Virus record (IMG/VR): IMGVR_UViG_3300045836_000108
Coordinates: 1 to 64,000 of that record
Source: a virus
Lineage: Duplodnaviria; Heunggongvirae; Uroviricota; Caudoviricetes
Strand: one strand, 5' to 3'
DNA length: 64,000 bases
A model generated the notes under the pieces. The model saw nothing but the letters and a program-made list of their open reading frames with translations, was not told the origin of the DNA and ran no database searches. Shown piece after piece: positions 61,849 to 64,000 of the stretch; positions within the stretch are counted from its first letter, which is position 1, and every line of letters starts with the position of its first letter. The translations under genes and the position numbers were made by a program.

Positions 61849-62331
61849 ATGCGCAACCGCACCGCACGCCTGGCCGTAGTCGCAATCAGCGCTCTGGCCT
61901 TCACCCTCACCTCCGTGCCAGCCCATGCCTCCTCTGGCGTCGGCGTTGGAGGCTTCAACTACACGTTCCGCTCCGACCACCACCCCAAGTACTGGCTCCA
62001 CGGCATCAGCTCCGACGCCGCAGACGGGTACTTCAACGACGGCACGTTCAGCGGCGAAGCCGACGTCATCGTGGACGGCAATGACGCCTACTACCTCCAC
62101 GGCCCCGTGGAGCGCTGCCAGGTCCAGCTGAACCGGGTCGTCGGCCACCGCGCCTACCCGATACCGGGCCACACCAACACCAACATCAGCTACGACGGAG
62201 GCCGCTCCTGCTATGCCTGGGACTCGTGGGACGTCCCGGCAGGCCGGTACAACGTCACCGTGTCCTATGAGGCCAACGGCCATTGGTACAACACGGTTCA
62301 GGGACCGGTGGTGAAGTACCTGGGCAACTAG
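61849..62331 (+). CDS. Secreted protein with Sec-type signal peptide (160 aa)
   Basis: MRNRTARLAVVAISALAFTLTSVPAHA/SSG signal; Tyr/Asn/Gly-rich mature part; two Cys. Confidence 0.55.
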   Translation: MRNRTARLAVVAISALAFTLTSVPAHASSGVGVGGFNYTFRSDHHPKYWLHGISSDAADGYFNDGTFSGEADVIVDGNDAYYLHGPVERCQVQLNRVVGHRAYPIPGHTNTNISYDGGRSCYAWDSWDVPAGRYNVTVSYEANGHWYNTVQGPVVKYLGN

Positions 62332-62459
62332 CGCCAGGGTTTACAGTTCCTTACACGTCCGGACAGCCCCCTCAGGAAACCCTGCGGGGGCTTCCGCTTG
62401 CCCTGACGTCGGCTGCCGGAGCATATTGAGGTCAAAAGATCTCTCACCGGAGGACGTCT

Positions 62460-63092
62460 GTGCCCTTTGCCTGCCCTGGCTCTTGCAGCCCTACGGCTGA
62501 CGGAGAACCCATCTGGTGCTCCTCGTGTGCGCAAGTGATCCGGAGCGCACTACGGGCCATTCCTGATGCGTATACGGCCCTGGATTCAGTCAAGTTCTAC
62601 AGCCGTCAGGCGCCTGCCGACGCCGTCCGGGTTTCCGGCTCGCGGGAACGTCCGTCCACCGCCCCAGGAGTGGACATGCGCGATGAGATTTTTCAGACAA
62701 TCCGCTGCTGGGAAGACGACATCAGGCAGCACCTCCGGCACCGTGCCGCACGCGACGGCCGGAGCCGGGAGGAAACCCTGGCGTTGGCGGTGCGGTACCT
62801 GAATCGCAACTTTGTGGCTGCGATGAAGCGGGACCCTGGCGGCTTGGAGTTCGGGGAAGAGGTGCGGGCTTTGTTCTCCTCCGCTCTCCGGCTGGTGAAG
62901 AACGGACCGATACGCAGCCGTCTGACTATCGCCTGTCCCCGGTGCTCCCGACGTTCTCTGGTGCAGCAGGAAGGGTTGGCGGGCAAGGCTTGGTTCACGG
63001 TGTGCGATGAGCGTCTGGCCGGGTGTGGGACGTCGTACACGGAGGTGGAGATGACCTGGATGGTTGAGGTTCGTAAGGCGGTGGCGGCTTGA
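62460..63092 (+). CDS. Cys-rich hypothetical protein (210 aa; CPGSC, CSSC, CPRC, C..C)
   Basis: GTG after CCGGAGGACG; preceded by a degenerate module. Confidence 0.5.
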   Translation: MPFACPGSCSPTADGEPIWCSSCAQVIRSALRAIPDAYTALDSVKFYSRQAPADAVRVSGSRERPSTAPGVDMRDEIFQTIRCWEDDIRQHLRHRAARDGRSREETLALAVRYLNRNFVAAMKRDPGGLEFGEEVRALFSSALRLVKNGPIRSRLTIACPRCSRRSLVQQEGLAGKAWFTVCDERLAGCGTSYTEVEMTWMVEVRKAVAA

Positions 63093-63286
63093 CCCGGACG
63101 TTCGCGCCACTGCCGGACGTGGCGTTGTTTCTAGGGAAGTCCGAACGGACGCTGCGGCGGTGGGTGGCGGAGGGTTTGCTGCCGGAGCGGACGGCGTCCG
63201 GCCGCCGGACGGTTTGCGTGCAGGACGCTATCCGCGTGGATTCTCTGGTGCGTACGCGGTCTAGGGCGCGTCCCCCGGTTATCTAG
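63089..63286 (+). CDS. Small HTH DNA-binding protein (MerR/excisionase-like), last rightward gene
   Basis: LGKSERTLRRWVAEGLLPE helix-turn-helix; 65 aa. Confidence 0.5.
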   Translation: MTRTFAPLPDVALFLGKSERTLRRWVAEGLLPERTASGRRTVCVQDAIRVDSLVRTRSRARPPVI

Positions 63287-63294
63287 ACACGGAA

Positions 63295-63321
63295 GAGCCC
63301 CGGAGGTGTTCTCCGGGGCTC
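63295..63321. terminator. Bidirectional terminator GAGCCCCGGAG-GTGTT-CTCCGGGGCTC between convergent genes
   Basis: Perfect 11-bp stem. Confidence 0.55.
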
Positions 63322-63342
63322 TCCGTGGGTTTCGGCCGGGCG

Positions 63343-63642
63343 CTACGCGTTCCAGGCCGTCAGCAGGTCCGCCGTGAGGCTGGCGGCGGCGTGAGCTGCC
63401 TTCCTGGCGCCGTCGGTCTGGTAGGCCTCGTTCCACCAGACGCCGGTGCCGATGGTGAGCACCGTCTGCTCGGTGTCGTCCAGCTTGATGTTGGTGTGCA
63501 GGTACGACTGGGCCTCGTCGTTGTGGCGGTACACCTCCACCAGGATGTGGTGGCCGTCGGCGCTGAAGTCGGTCTCGATGCGGTAGCCCTGGTTGTCGTC
63601 CAGGTCGGTGACGTACTCGTGCAGAAATTCGATGTCTGCCAC
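63343..63642 (-). CDS. Hypothetical protein (99 aa) driven by a leftward copy of the promoter module
   Basis: GTG after CCGGAGGAGAAAAC; module at 63681-63730 on the - strand. Confidence 0.5.
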   Translation of the reverse strand: MADIEFLHEYVTDLDDNQGYRIETDFSADGHHILVEVYRHNDEAQSYLHTNIKLDDTEQTVLTIGTGVWWNEAYQTDGARKAAHAAASLTADLLTAWNA

Positions 63643-63680
63643 GTTTTCTCCTCCGGTTGGCGGGGGCTTGTTCCCCCAGG

Positions 63681-63730
63681 GGAAGGCTAGTACCGTCGCT
63701 AAGCAAAGTAAAGCCCCCACGGCCTGTAAG
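63681..63730 (-). promoter_or_regulatory. Promoter module copy on the minus strand
   Basis: Reverse complement reads GGGGGCTTTACTTTGCTTAG..TAGCCT, with an upstream hairpin containing TCCTTACAGG. Confidence 0.55.
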
Positions 63731-63757
63731 GACGCAGGGGCTTTAACCGGCCGAGCG

Positions 63758-64000
63758 CTAGTCGTCGGGCTGCTCAGCATCCGGCAGGTTAGCCGTCGTA
63801 GCCAAGAACTTCCGCACCGCCTTGGCCTCATTACGCAGGCACTGACCGCCCTCCAGCCGGTACTTCCACGCGTCCCGGACTTCCCGCAGCGCCCCGGGCC
63901 AGTCTTCGCTGGAGGAACCGGTGCGGGCCACCTCCTGGACGATCGACGAATAGCGCGTGGACGTCTCCAACAGGTCCAGGTACTGCGGTTCCAGGCCGAA
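63758..64000 (-). CDS. Partial CDS running off the right edge of the window (C-terminal >80 aa)
   Basis: Frame open to the window end; stop at 63758. Confidence 0.4.
   Translation of the reverse strand, partial: FGLEPQYLDLLETSTRYSSIVQEVARTGSSSEDWPGALREVRDAWKYRLEGGQCLRNEAKAVRKFLATTANLPDAEQPDD

Noticed and set aside
55021-63730. Possibility that the 13 conserved repeats are a CRISPR array
   Set aside because: Repeats are about 50-90 bp with internal -35/-10 structure and spaced 400-1500 bp apart. Each is followed by an RBS and a protein-coding gene. There are no short uniform spacers and no cas genes.

Overview
High-GC (~64%) window that reads as a nearly complete siphovirus-type actinobacteriophage or prophage genome segment. 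Coordinates I derived by hand may be off by 1-2 nt. The four blocks are: (1) A rightward early operon, 45-12706 (+), packed with GTGA/ATGA start-stop overlaps. It encodes a very acidic first protein, a RecT-like annealase plus a Cas4-like PD-(D/E)XK exonuclease, a vWA protein, a tandem LuxR-type HTH regulator, an SPFH membrane protein, and about 20 small proteins, ending at a bidirectional terminator near 12780. (2) A leftward late operon, 55001 down to 12808 (-). In transcription order: papain-like peptidase, HNH-like protein, small terminase, large terminase, portal, a beta-helix protein pair, the tRNA cluster (five tRNA-like genes) and dCTP deaminase, a second beta-helix pair, MuF-like protein, protease/scaffold fusion, major capsid, a 7-kb opposite-strand gene island (28501-35501), head-tail and tail genes (K/A-repeat protein, major tail, G/T-type chaperone pair with a -1 frame extension, 1144-aa tape measure, 938-aa minor tail, three tandem paralogs), an HNH, and a lysis cassette (GH25 endolysin plus small membrane proteins). 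(3) A rightward right arm, 55091-63286 (+), of about 12 self-contained gene cassettes. Each is preceded by a conserved ~90-bp terminator hairpin + promoter (-35 TTTAC, -10 TANNNT) + leader (GTAAGCCA...GGAGGA) module. I count 13 module copies in the window. The cassettes encode paralogous Cys/His-motif proteins, and an initiator-type tRNA-Met sits on the opposite strand among them. (4) A convergent leftward gene at the far right edge. I recognised no integrase, repressor, DNA polymerase, primase or helicase, and no CRISPR array. Nearly all small ORFs are of unknown function.
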